NCBI GenBank assembly: GCA_963677495.2
Contig: CAXXOU010000002.1
Location: forward strand, 64,001-128,000
Source of the DNA: Candidatus Cloacimonadales bacterium
GTDB lineage: Bacteria; Cloacimonadota; Cloacimonadia; Cloacimonadales; JAFGVF01
Reading direction: 5' to 3'
Length of the DNA: 64,000 nt
In this document: in pieces, positions 34,167 through 44,424 of the stretch
Position numbering within the stretch: the stretch's first letter is position 1
Layout: each line of letters starts with the position of its first letter
Notes under the pieces: generated by a model
Seen by the model: only the letters and a program-made list of their open reading frames with translations
Told to the model about the DNA's origin: nothing
The model's database searches: none
Program-made: the position numbers and the translations under genes

Positions 34167-35318
34167 TTATTTAAAAGCTTCCATACCTGAATAGTCACGA
34201 TAGAAGTCGTAACTCTTTAGTGTACGAATATCATCTTCAGTTTCGCTATTTGTAGCAATACGAGCGATTAACTCACCCATACCTGGTCCGAGCATGAAGC
34301 CTTGACCACTCATGCCAACACAATTTATGTAGTTCTCAATCTCTTTGGTTCTTCCAACGATTGGGAAACCGTCAGGAGTCATCGGATATTGACCTCTCCA
34401 AGTTCTACGCACTTTGTAGAAGCGAAGGCGTGGATAAATCTTAAGCATTCTACGAGCTATAGTAGGCAGGAATTCAGAAGTTGCTTCATTATCGATACCT
34501 ACGATTGGAGGGTCAGGAGTATAACAGAATACAATCTGACCTTCATGGTTCTGGTAGAAGTAGAAGTTTGCTGAGCCCGGGGCTTTACGCATATCGATAA
34601 CCATAGGACCAAAGAATCTTTTAACAGGATCAGAGATACCAGCTTCGTGGTTATCAGGGAATACTTTTACATCAAGTCCAACCATCTTACCAATCTGACG
34701 GGCATAGTTACCGGCAGCGTTAACTACTTGTCCGCAACTATAAACACCTTTATCTGTTTTTACTCCTGTAATCTTGTTCCCGGACATCTCAATACCGGTA
34801 ACAGATTCATTAAAATGCATCTCTACACCTGCTCTTATTGCTCTGAAGTAATATGCAGACATTGAGAGAAGTGGGGAACAGCTTCCATCTTCAGGTGAAT
34901 ATGTTGAACCACGTAATCCCTCCATCTCAACACCTGGTACGATTTCATTATACTCTTCAGGGGAGAGCCAGTTAATGTTCAAACCAAAGCTATGTTGAAC
35001 CTTCATAAGTTCTTTATATTTCTTCTCATGGTCTTCTGAGTAGGCAGGATAAGAGTAACCATTAGACATCCAACCGATATCATCTCCATATACCTCTTTC
35101 CAGGTTGAGAAGATCTCAATACTTCTTTTACATGTTTGAATCTTTCCAAAATCGGAATGAGTAGCTCGCACACCACCAATAGCTTTTTTATTATTTGCTT
35201 GTCCCGGTCCCGGTAAAGAGTCAAGACAAAGTACACTAAGCTTTCTTTCTGCCATCTCAACTGCAGCAGGGAGTCCAACAGAACCTGCACCAATTACAAT
35301 AACATCATAATTCTTCAT
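34167..35318 (-). CDS. FAD-dependent oxidoreductase, sarcosine oxidase/proline dehydrogenase beta-like (DAO family)
   Basis: VIVIGAGSVG, VVNAAG, TPDGFPIVG, GMSGQGFMLGP. Confidence 0.85.
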   Translation of the reverse strand: MKNYDVIVIGAGSVGLPAAVEMAERKLSVLCLDSLPGPGQANNKKAIGGVRATHSDFGKIQTCKRSIEIFSTWKEVYGDDIGWMSNGYSYPAYSEDHEKKYKELMKVQHSFGLNINWLSPEEYNEIVPGVEMEGLRGSTYSPEDGSCSPLLSMSAYYFRAIRAGVEMHFNESVTGIEMSGNKITGVKTDKGVYSCGQVVNAAGNYARQIGKMVGLDVKVFPDNHEAGISDPVKRFFGPMVIDMRKAPGSANFYFYQNHEGQIVFCYTPDPPIVGIDNEATSEFLPTIARRMLKIYPRLRFYKVRRTWRGQYPMTPDGFPIVGRTKEIENYINCVGMSGQGFMLGPGMGELIARIATNSETEDDIRTLKSYDFYRDYSGMEAFK

Positions 35319-35321
35319 TAT

Positions 35322-37391
35322 TTACTCCTTACCATCTGCAAATACTTCTAAAGGAACCTCAATAAACACAGGTCTCTTAGTATTTGGTACGACATTCTCA
35401 ACAGGAATTCCTTCCTGTCTAAGGACTTGCTTTATAAGAGTATCACATGTTTTAGCTCCACATGGTCCCATACCTGAGCGAGTAATCGCTTTAATCTGGT
35501 TAAGGTCAGTGATACCTTTTCTGATTAGCTCTCTAACTTCACCAACAGTGACACGTTCGCAAAGGCAAATCATGGCATCATCAGCTTGTCTTTCATCGAT
35601 GATAGTGCCTGTATTTGCTTTAGATACTTCTTCAGCTTGAACGATAAGTCCTGCAATCTTCCGAGCATTAGCTTTAGTTGCTTTTACTCTTACAAGCTGT
35701 GTTCTGTTTGCTTTGTTAGTTAGAACTTGGGTTACTTCTGCTTCTTCAAGCTTGTTACCATCAATATCAACAACTCTTACTTTATTACCCTCAACAACAG
35801 GATAATTACCAACTTCATAAGGCATAGTAACAGTTGGCATATCTGCATCTTTTCTGAAGTCCACGAGCGTTATAGCGAGACCCGGGCAGATAAGAACACA
35901 TTTACCACAACCGATACAGCTTCCTTCATAGATAGGAACACCCATCAAACCACCATCTTCAGTATGGATGGAGTTAGTCGGGCAAACAGTTGTACATGGA
36001 TTACATGGAATCTCTTGCAAACAATGTATAATAGGGAATACACCCTCATCTTTCGGATAGTTTCTGTATGAATGCAATGCACCCGGATGTGATTTAAGCA
36101 CTTCAGCTTTCTCTTCCCAGTCACTTGGAATCTCACCAATCTCTGCACCCATAGCTTTGCAGATTTCAATACCTGCAATCTTACCATTAAACATAGCAGA
36201 GGACGCTTCGGCAATCTCGTGTGCGTCACCTGCAGCAAATACTTTAATACCTGCAATCTCAGCTTCATTAGTAAACTCATCGAGACGATCAAGTCCAACT
36301 GCGATAAGGATAGTGTCGCAATCGAAAGTCTGTTCTGTTCCCGGGATAGGCTCAAATTTATCATTTATAGCTGCAATTGTGATAGAACTAACTTCTTCAT
36401 CACCATTAGCAGAGAGGATTGTATGTGAAGTATATACAGGAACACCGAGTCTTCTCAGTTTATCATCATGCACCTTGTAACCACCACATTTTGGCATTGC
36501 TTCCACAAGACCAACAACATCAATCCCTGCTTGAAGTGCATGATATCCTGCAATAAGACCAACATTACCACCACCGATAATGAAAAGACGTTCAGTTGGT
36601 CTTACAAGGTCACGGTTCACGAGAGTCTGGAACGCACCGGCACCGTAGATACCGGCTAATGTGTTGCCACTAAAGCGAAGGAACTTTTCTCTTGCTCCTG
36701 CAGCATTAAGGATAAGCTTTGGCTCAACTATCTTATAAACGCCATCTTTTACAATTCCGACTTTCTTGTCACTAAAGACATAGAGAGCAGTACTGTTTAG
36801 CCATACTTCTATTGTATCCATACCCATTACTTTCTCTGCAAGCTTTTCACCGATGGCATTACCACGTGTTCCGGCATGAGAATCTTCAACTGAACCAAAG
36901 AATTTATGTGTCTGTAGAACAAGCTTTCCACCGAGTACATTCTTATCATCAACTATCAGTGCTTTTATATTACGCTCTCCGAGCTCAATTGCAGCTGACA
37001 ATCCTGCAGGACCACCACCGATAATAAGTACATCAGTTTGTAGCTCTTCTACAGGTTCAAGATTAGGGTTTTCTTCTGATTCAGGCATTTCAGGTAAACC
37101 GTCAGCCGGTTTCACAATCATATTCTCCTGCACAGCAGTCATACATGATTTAACCGGGATTCCGTTTGCGATTACCATACATTTGGCACACTGACCATTT
37201 GCACAGAATATACCTTGAGCAGTACCATCCTTGTGATGATGTCCGAATGTTTTGATTCCGTTAGCCATTAGTGCTGAAGAGATTACTTCGCCTTCTTTAG
37301 CGATGAGACACTGGTTGTCCCAATAGAACTTTATCTCTTTTTTTTCAGGCACATCAAGCACCGGATGCTGATGGATGCGTTGTTGTTCCAT
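35322..37391 (-). CDS. Multi-domain flavo-iron-sulfur subunit (sarcosine oxidase/proline dehydrogenase alpha-like)
   Basis: N-terminal 2Fe-2S (CANGQCAKC), GGGPAGLSAA FAD motif, 4Fe-4S CxxCxxxCP twice, C-terminal BFD-like C-x-C...GMGPCGAKTC. Confidence 0.85.
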   Translation of the reverse strand: MEQQRIHQHPVLDVPEKKEIKFYWDNQCLIAKEGEVISSALMANGIKTFGHHHKDGTAQGIFCANGQCAKCMVIANGIPVKSCMTAVQENMIVKPADGLPEMPESEENPNLEPVEELQTDVLIIGGGPAGLSAAIELGERNIKALIVDDKNVLGGKLVLQTHKFFGSVEDSHAGTRGNAIGEKLAEKVMGMDTIEVWLNSTALYVFSDKKVGIVKDGVYKIVEPKLILNAAGAREKFLRFSGNTLAGIYGAGAFQTLVNRDLVRPTERLFIIGGGNVGLIAGYHALQAGIDVVGLVEAMPKCGGYKVHDDKLRRLGVPVYTSHTILSANGDEEVSSITIAAINDKFEPIPGTEQTFDCDTILIAVGLDRLDEFTNEAEIAGIKVFAAGDAHEIAEASSAMFNGKIAGIEICKAMGAEIGEIPSDWEEKAEVLKSHPGALHSYRNYPKDEGVFPIIHCLQEIPCNPCTTVCPTNSIHTEDGGLMGVPIYEGSCIGCGKCVLICPGLAITLVDFRKDADMPTVTMPYEVGNYPVVEGNKVRVVDIDGNKLEEAEVTQVLTNKANRTQLVRVKATKANARKIAGLIVQAEEVSKANTGTIIDERQADDAMICLCERVTVGEVRELIRKGITDLNQIKAITRSGMGPCGAKTCDTLIKQVLRQEGIPVENVVPNTKRPVFIEVPLEVFADGKE

Positions 37392-37517
37392 AGACTTACT
37401 CCCTATTCTATATTTTTCCTCTAAACACTGTTTTGGCTATTCTGTGTCAAGAAAAAATGAGGAGTTATTAATCAGATATTCACTATATATGAGAGCATGC
37501 ACATATATATCATGCTA

Positions 37518-37653
37518 CTCTCTGCAGTAACTAGTCATTGTAAACAGGTTTTAACTTGGCGATAGGTTGGTAAATTCTTGGCAATTAGGCCAAGAATAGG
37601 CCAAGGGTTTACCAAGGGTTTGCCAAGTGTCTACCAAGAATTACTGCAGAGAG
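37518..37653. repeat. Phased palindromic cassette, family B
   Basis: Perfect 13-bp ends CTCTCTGCAGTAA/TTACTGCAGAGAG; CCAAG at 37590, 37601, 37612, 37623, 37634; (C/G)TTGG at 37555, 37566, 37577. Confidence 0.9.
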
Positions 37654-37796
37654 ATGAAGGACAATAAGGGATTAGATCAATCTGTTTTGTAGAGAGTAGT
37701 ATCAATGTGTCTTTCTAACCGGAATTAGTAGATACATAATAGTATTAAATCTTGACAATATGAAATTATTAATGTTGAACATATTTAGGAGGTAAT

Positions 37797-40322
37797 ATGA
37801 AGCAGATTATTACTATTGTATTTATGTTGCTATGTCTAAGTTGTTTTGCTCAAACTCAAAGATTAGTTGGTTCCGGTACTGAGGATGACCCTTATCTAAT
37901 TAGTAGTGAATATGATTTATTCGTGTTTGGTTCGAACTCCGACACTGCCTTTGGTGATACCCTATATTATTTTCAAACATGCGATATATATTTTAGTAAT
38001 ATGGCTCATAGTGTTGTTTATGACGGGTTCTTCTCGTATGGCCAAACTTATGCCCCCTTTAACGGTGTTTTTGATGGAAATAACAAAAGAATAATCTATG
38101 ATGATAATTTACCACCGGTGACAGGAAGTTTCATGGGTTATACTGATGGAGCTGTTTTAAAAAACATTAATCTGGTTAATCTAAATCTCTCATTGAACTA
38201 TGAAGGTGGTGGGTTAGTTAACTCAGCCAATTATACAACATTTCAAAACTGTAGTGTGTCCGGTACAATTACAACTAATCAGTATTATGGAGGATTGGTA
38301 AATCATACAGATAATTGTACAATTGAACAATGCTTTGTTGATGCCTCGATTACTGCAGATGAGGGTACTAACCCTGATATTGGTGGATTAATCAGACATT
38401 GTTACAACTCTTCAGTATCAAACAGCTTTGTTAAAGGATCAATAGATACATATTCAAGTGGAGGTCTGGTTTATGATAATTGGCAATCTACTATCAGGAA
38501 CTGTTATGCAAATGTTGAGAATATTGACAATCAGGATATGGGAGGAATATTTTCAAGTACAACAAATTTTACAGGGGATTCATTACAGAACAATGTATGG
38601 AACTCAGACCTTAATACCTCTGATCAAAGTAATATAATATTTTTCCCACTCTCATCTGATGAGGTATTGGCCGCAACTACAGCTGAGATGCAACTTGAGA
38701 GTACTTATACCTCCAGAAGTTGGGATTTTATCGGTGAAACTGTGAATGGAACAGATGATATTTGGGGGATTCATCCTCAGGTAAATGATGGTTTACCATA
38801 TCTTACTGTCTTTAATCCTCATGTAACAAGCTTTGTCTCTGATAGCACGACTGTATATGTTGATTCACAAATTCAGTTTACTGACACAACAAATAGAAAT
38901 CCCTCAAGTTGGGAATGGGATTTTGATAATGATGGCAACATTGACAGTAATCAGCAAAACCCTACTTATTCGTATGAGTTACCCGGTACTTATACAGTAT
39001 CATTAATTACAGTGGCTGATAGCAGTACTATTACAACAACAAAACAAGATTATATTACTGTGAACCCATTAAATCAACCTGACATTGTTTGTGAAACTGA
39101 TAGCTTGATATTTGGTGCTGTACCTTCTCAACAATCCGTAACTTTACCCATCGTTATTCAGAACATTGGCTCTGTTACATTGAATATAACAGATTTCCCT
39201 TCTACTAATCCAGCATTTTCTGTTCAGTTGTTGCAACAGACTCTGCCTATTTCGTTAGCTCCAGGTAGCTCGCAGCAATTTGAGGTTGAGTTCTCTCCAG
39301 GTAGTGGAGGAGAGTTTGAAGGAGTTATAACTGTGTTGTCTGATGACCCGATACATCCTCAGATTCAAATAAACGTTCATGGAACAGGAAACAGTTTAAC
39401 AGCAGATTTCGAAGCCCATCCTCAGTCAGGAGATGTGCCTCTTAGTGTACAGTTTGTAAATAACTCATCTGGTAATATTACAAGCTATTTATGGGACTTT
39501 GGTGATGGCTTTACATCGACAGATGAGTATGCATTTCATGAATATACAACTCCGGGTACATATACAGTTACCCTTTCAGTTTCTGATGGTAGTTCACAAT
39601 CAGAGAAAATTGAGACTGATTATATAGTTGTAAATGATTATGCAAATATTAGTACAAATCTTACAACCATAGATTTTGGTACAATATATCTTTCTTCCGT
39701 TAGACCTGATTCTACTGTTATTATTACAAATACAGGTGTGTCAGCATTAGAAATTACTGATATAAGTGTCTCAGATGTAGAGGGTGTAAATGGTTTCAAC
39801 TATAACTATCCTAATATGTACACTACCATACTTTCCAATGCGAGTGAAGAGATGCAAGTATCTTTTACACCTCAAAATGTGGGAGAATATCAAGCTAGTC
39901 TGATCTTAACAAACAACTCGAATGCTTCCCCAACTTATACCATTCAACTCACAGGAATTTGTGAGTATAATCCTCCCTTGAATCCTGAAAATGTAACAAT
40001 CATTACTATAGGTAATGATGCTCAGATATCATGGGACCAAGTGACTGAAGATATATTTGGCAATAGTATTACCCCTAATGGGTATATTGTACTTTATAAT
40101 GAATCTCCTAATAGTGTTGAAGAAGATTTCTATTTCTTACAATATGTAAGTGATAGCACAGCCTATACTCATCAAAATGTTGGTTATTTTAGGGACAATA
40201 TGTACTATCAAGTAAAAACATATATTAGTTATGATCCAATTAGAATAGAGGGGCTTGAGCTTTTAAACACTATAGATTCTAAAGAGATTAGAAAAGGTGA
40301 TATTGAGAAGTACTTAAAATAA
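37797..40322 (+). CDS. Secreted surface protein with GLUG-like, two PKD and two Ig-like (choice-of-anchor D/ASH-like) domains
   Basis: Signal peptide; GSGTEDDPYLIS; GGLV repeats; WDFDNDG...PGTYTVSL; WDFGDG...PGTYTVTL; FG...I.N.G...L.IT. Confidence 0.8.
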   Translation: MKQIITIVFMLLCLSCFAQTQRLVGSGTEDDPYLISSEYDLFVFGSNSDTAFGDTLYYFQTCDIYFSNMAHSVVYDGFFSYGQTYAPFNGVFDGNNKRIIYDDNLPPVTGSFMGYTDGAVLKNINLVNLNLSLNYEGGGLVNSANYTTFQNCSVSGTITTNQYYGGLVNHTDNCTIEQCFVDASITADEGTNPDIGGLIRHCYNSSVSNSFVKGSIDTYSSGGLVYDNWQSTIRNCYANVENIDNQDMGGIFSSTTNFTGDSLQNNVWNSDLNTSDQSNIIFFPLSSDEVLAATTAEMQLESTYTSRSWDFIGETVNGTDDIWGIHPQVNDGLPYLTVFNPHVTSFVSDSTTVYVDSQIQFTDTTNRNPSSWEWDFDNDGNIDSNQQNPTYSYELPGTYTVSLITVADSSTITTTKQDYITVNPLNQPDIVCETDSLIFGAVPSQQSVTLPIVIQNIGSVTLNITDFPSTNPAFSVQLLQQTLPISLAPGSSQQFEVEFSPGSGGEFEGVITVLSDDPIHPQIQINVHGTGNSLTADFEAHPQSGDVPLSVQFVNNSSGNITSYLWDFGDGFTSTDEYAFHEYTTPGTYTVTLSVSDGSSQSEKIETDYIVVNDYANISTNLTTIDFGTIYLSSVRPDSTVIITNTGVSALEITDISVSDVEGVNGFNYNYPNMYTTILSNASEEMQVSFTPQNVGEYQASLILTNNSNASPTYTIQLTGICEYNPPLNPENVTIITIGNDAQISWDQVTEDIFGNSITPNGYIVLYNESPNSVEEDFYFLQYVSDSTAYTHQNVGYFRDNMYYQVKTYISYDPIRIEGLELLNTIDSKEIRKGDIEKYLK

Positions 40323-40560
40323 ATTATTGTTACTAAAATCGCATCAATATGTGTTTACTGGAATGACTCCATGCGTTTGATAGTCAACTAATCTAAGTTA
40401 TTGGCTCAATACCGAATAGAGTGGAACTCCCATTGGTCGCTTCAAACTTTCGCTTGAAGCTTCGTCTAGACAGGTGGACTCGTCCATCAGATTAAGAACA
40501 TACACAGTGCCTTTTGCAACGACTTAACTATATTTATTGCCCTTTTTGCACTCTTTCAGT

Positions 40561-40704
40561 GCTCTAGCAAGCAACGCACTGTTTTCCCACTGTGCACGCA
40601 CTGTGAAGGCACTGCCAACCCACTGTTTCACTGGGTGCACAGTGCGTGCACAGTGGGAAAGCAGTGGGATGACTGCGGTTTTATGAATGGATTTGTACTG
40701 GAGC
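40561..40704. repeat. Phased palindromic cassette, family D
   Basis: GCTCTAG...CTGGAGC ends; CACTG at 40577, 40588, 40599, 40610, 40621; CAGTG at 40640, 40651, 40662; preceded by ACATACACAGTGCCTTTTGCAA as at 11340. Confidence 0.88.
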
Positions 40705-41033
40705 GATCTGATCAACTCCAATCTTAAGGAGAAGCATTAAATTAAGAAACCACCTTTTTAAATAGATCAAGAATTTCTAAAATTGCCGTTCTGGTTATAC
40801 CTTCGGAATGGTCCTTAGACCTTGCGAATGGTTCTCTTGAAAGTTTACGTAAAAATAGCAACTTCCACCATTTGCAAGGTCTCGCAAAACTCAACCATTC
40901 CAAAGGTAGAGAATCATAATTAGGTTGCCCGATACAACTCTGAAAATAGTTATTGCTTGACATGATAAGTAGCAATGTAGTTATACAAATAGTATTACTC
41001 TATGCAACTTGAACATAGAGTTAGGAGTTGAGT

Positions 41034-42299
41034 ATGAATGAGAAATTGATAATAAAGAATTTTCTTGCTATTGAGCATGCTGAGGTAGATATTAAACGGT
41101 TCAATGTTATAATTGGACCTCAGGCTAAGGGTAAGAGTGTAATAGCTAAGGTGTTGTATTTCTTTCGGACTGCTATGGAATTTTATCTGGTTAGTTTCGA
41201 TAAGTTTTATGATGAGCAAGCAATCATTGATGAACTTATAAACAAGTTTAGAGAGTGGTTCCCATATTATACATGGAAAGAAAAAAGATTCAACTTAAAT
41301 TATATAATAGGTAGCCACATGTTGTCACTATCAAATGAAATTGATTCACTAAATAATCATGTTTTAGTGATGAGTTTTCCAGATAAGTTCACCACTATAA
41401 GAGATACAATACTTGATGAAAAGAAGAGCGATTCATTACTTATGGAGACTAGCTTAAGTAGTGCATTAAAAAAATCATATTTGAGCGTCGAATTTGCCCG
41501 TGAATTAAGATTGCCTTCAATGGAAACAACTTACATACCAGCTTCAAGATCATTTCTCTCGTTTCTACAAAACAATATGTTCTCTTTTATTCGTGGTAAA
41601 AACAAAGTAGATCCTTTCCTAATAGAATTCGGTAGTATTTATGAGACAGCAAGAAGAGAGTATGAAAGTCTTGGTACGGTATTAGATTTGTTTTTAGAGC
41701 TAGATGTAGGAACGATAGATAAAATAAAGAAGATAATAGAAGAAATAGTTCAGGGTAGGTACGTATTCGAAGATAGAAAGGATTGGATAATTAGCTCCAA
41801 CAATATCCAAAAAACAGAATTATCATATAGCTCCTCAGGACAACAAGAGGCTATACCAATGCTTATTGTTTTAGCATATTTTATGTATATTAAGGATGGT
41901 CAGAATTACCACAATCTATGCCTTTTAGAAGAACCTGAAGCTCATCTATTCCCACAGTCTCAAAATCAAGTAATCTCTATGCTATCACTTTTATATGATG
42001 AACTTAAGACAAATTTCTTCATCACAACCCACAGTCCATATATACTCTCAGCCATCAATAACTTGATCCTTGCTGGTGATACTATAAATGCAGGCAAGAT
42101 GACACGTGAAGAGTTTGAAAAGATTAATGGTCCGAGTGCACCAATAAACCTTGATGATGTAGCAGCATACACTATTGTTGATGGTAAAACTGAGTCAATA
42201 GTTGATTATGATTACAGACTTATTGGGGGAGATATTCTTGATAGTGTATCTGATCATTTTTCCAACGTTATGAATGAGCTGTTGAAACGGGATATGTAG
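41034..42299 (+). CDS. ABC/AAA_15-AAA_21-type ATPase
   Basis: Walker A GPQAKGKS, signature SSGQQE, Walker B LLEEPEAHLFP, H-loop ITTHSPY; no TM partner. Confidence 0.85.
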   Translation: MNEKLIIKNFLAIEHAEVDIKRFNVIIGPQAKGKSVIAKVLYFFRTAMEFYLVSFDKFYDEQAIIDELINKFREWFPYYTWKEKRFNLNYIIGSHMLSLSNEIDSLNNHVLVMSFPDKFTTIRDTILDEKKSDSLLMETSLSSALKKSYLSVEFARELRLPSMETTYIPASRSFLSFLQNNMFSFIRGKNKVDPFLIEFGSIYETARREYESLGTVLDLFLELDVGTIDKIKKIIEEIVQGRYVFEDRKDWIISSNNIQKTELSYSSSGQQEAIPMLIVLAYFMYIKDGQNYHNLCLLEEPEAHLFPQSQNQVISMLSLLYDELKTNFFITTHSPYILSAINNLILAGDTINAGKMTREEFEKINGPSAPINLDDVAAYTIVDGKTESIVDYDYRLIGGDILDSVSDHFSNVMNELLKRDM

Positions 42300-42300
42300 A

Positions 42301-42729
42301 ATGGATTGGGTAAAGTGTACAATTGCAAGGAAAGATCCAATAATCACTTTGAAAGAAAATGGTAAAGTCTTTAGGTTAATAAACGAAAACAGAATAGAAG
42401 TGAATGAAATAAAAGTAGATAATTGTTTGATTTGTGATAACAGACAGCGATGCGACTATATCTTGGATTATCCGATCGATGAACAGGGTTATGTATTGTT
42501 AATTGAACTCAAAGGGAATGACGTACCTCATGCAATTGAACAATTGAAAGCTACTTTGAGTCATACAAAATCAAAGTATAGTAAGTATTGTAAATATTGT
42601 TTTATAATCTCCTCAAAGTGGCCAAGAATGAGTACTACTAAACAAAAGATAAAAAAAGACTTCAAGAGACTTGGAGCTTTGTTTGATCAAAAAAACAATG
42701 TGTTTGAGTTCAAGGTTTCTGCATTCTAA
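42301..42729 (+). CDS. Small basic protein with possible PD-(D/E)xK nuclease fold
   Basis: RCDY...LLIELKG...AIEQL pattern; starts 2 nt after the ATPase stop. Confidence 0.6.
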   Translation: MDWVKCTIARKDPIITLKENGKVFRLINENRIEVNEIKVDNCLICDNRQRCDYILDYPIDEQGYVLLIELKGNDVPHAIEQLKATLSHTKSKYSKYCKYCFIISSKWPRMSTTKQKIKKDFKRLGALFDQKNNVFEFKVSAF

Positions 42730-42731
42730 TG

Positions 42732-42817
42732 CAATCCATTTAGGATTGTAAGAATCCATATACTTTACCATGGGTCGGTTGACACCATCGCTAGTATTAT
42801 GTGTTCCTGTCGGAACA
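42732..42817. repeat. Dispersed copy of the transposase-flanking REP-like element
   Basis: Hairpin CAATCC-ATTTA-GGATTG, CCATGGG...CCATCGCTA, hairpin TGTTCC-TGTC-GGAACA; same layout as 34025-34112. Confidence 0.6.
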
Positions 42818-43074
42818 AAAGGTACTTGGTCTGCACCATGTTTCCGAAGAAGTCCGTTTTCGCTCCGCAAGCTCCGCATCTGACAAACTCCTTTAGAAAC
42901 AGGATAATTTACTGAAATATATATAAAGATAAGACACTTCTAACACCTTTTCCATAATCAAATATGATGAAAAAGCCAAAAATATCTTGATTTATATTAA
43001 ATAACTCCAAATATGACATACAGTATTTATAATAGGAAAATATACACATAAACAAGCAAAAGAAGGGAGTAGTG

Positions 43075-44412
43075 ATGAAACTAAAGACATTCCCTGGCGG
43101 GGTTCATCCGCATGATTATAAGGAGTATTCGAAAGATGCTGCTATTGAATCAATGGATCTTCCCCAAAAAGTGGTAATACCGCTTTCACAGCATATTGGA
43201 GCGCCATCCAAGCCTGTTGTAAAAGTGGGGGATGAAGTTAAAACGGGACAGATGATTGCCGAACCGGGTGGATTTGTTTCGATTGCCCAGCATGCTTCTA
43301 TTACCGGAAAAGTGACTAAGATTGCCGAATTCCCACATCCATGTGGTACAACTTCAATGGCTATCGAAATCACCGGTGATGGAGAGACTGATGATTGGGT
43401 AGAACTTGCAAACGACGAGAACTTTATGGATTTACCTGTCGATGAGATGAAAGACAGAGTAAAAAATGCAGGTGTATGTGGAATGGGTGGAGCCGGTTTC
43501 CCGACTCACGTGAAACTTAGCCCTCCTCCTGACAAGAAAATCGATACGGTTATTCTTAACGGTGTTGAGTGTGAACCATTCCTAACAGCTGACTACAGAC
43601 TTATGCTTGAAAGACCGGAAGACATAGTTACCGGTTTGCAATTGGTTATGAAGATTACCGGTGCAGAAAGGGGTATGATCGGTATTGAAGCTAACAAACC
43701 TGATGCAATCAAGATTATGCAAAAAGCTGTAAGCCAGTTTAACAACATAAGTGTTGTTGGACTGAAAGTTCGTTACCCTCAGGGTGGTGAAAAACAGCTT
43801 ATATATGCTGCAACCAAGAGAGCAGTTCCAAACAAAGGCGGACTTCCAATGGATATTGGTGTTGTAGTTCAGAATGTTGGAACAGCAATCGCAATCTATG
43901 AAGCAATTCGTTACAAACGTCCTTGTATTGATAGAATTATTACCATCTCCGGTAGTATCGTAAAAGACCCTAAAAATCTTAATGGAAGAATCGGAACCTC
44001 TTTCCAGTCACTCTTTGAGAAGTGTGGTGGAGCTAAAGAGGAGATTGGTAAAATTATCTCCGGTGGTCCGATGATGGGTTTTGCAATTCCTGACCTTAAT
44101 GCTCCAATGGCTAAAGGCTCATCAGGTTTACTTTTCTTCAACAAGAAGATGGCTAAACTTGATAAAGAGCATACATGTCTCCGTTGCGGAAGATGTGTTG
44201 ATGTATGCCCTCACAACCTTATCCCAAGCATGATATCTAATGCTGCTAAAAACGAAGCATGGGAGATGGCTGAGAAAGCAGGAGCTATGGATTGTATGAA
44301 ATGCGGTACATGTGCCTATGTATGCCCTGCCCAGATTAAAATGGTGCAGTGGATAGACATAGCTAAAGTTAACGTCGGACGCATAATGCGTGAAAGACAA
44401 GAGAAGAAATAG
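43075..44412 (+). CDS. rnfC: Rnf complex subunit C
   Basis: GGVHP, PLSQHIGAP, GMGGAGFPTHVKL, ECEPFLTAD, YPQGGEKQL, two 4Fe-4S motifs. Confidence 0.96.
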   Translation: MKLKTFPGGVHPHDYKEYSKDAAIESMDLPQKVVIPLSQHIGAPSKPVVKVGDEVKTGQMIAEPGGFVSIAQHASITGKVTKIAEFPHPCGTTSMAIEITGDGETDDWVELANDENFMDLPVDEMKDRVKNAGVCGMGGAGFPTHVKLSPPPDKKIDTVILNGVECEPFLTADYRLMLERPEDIVTGLQLVMKITGAERGMIGIEANKPDAIKIMQKAVSQFNNISVVGLKVRYPQGGEKQLIYAATKRAVPNKGGLPMDIGVVVQNVGTAIAIYEAIRYKRPCIDRIITISGSIVKDPKNLNGRIGTSFQSLFEKCGGAKEEIGKIISGGPMMGFAIPDLNAPMAKGSSGLLFFNKKMAKLDKEHTCLRCGRCVDVCPHNLIPSMISNAAKNEAWEMAEKAGAMDCMKCGTCAYVCPAQIKMVQWIDIAKVNVGRIMRERQEKK

Positions 44413-44424
44413 GCCGGAGGATAA

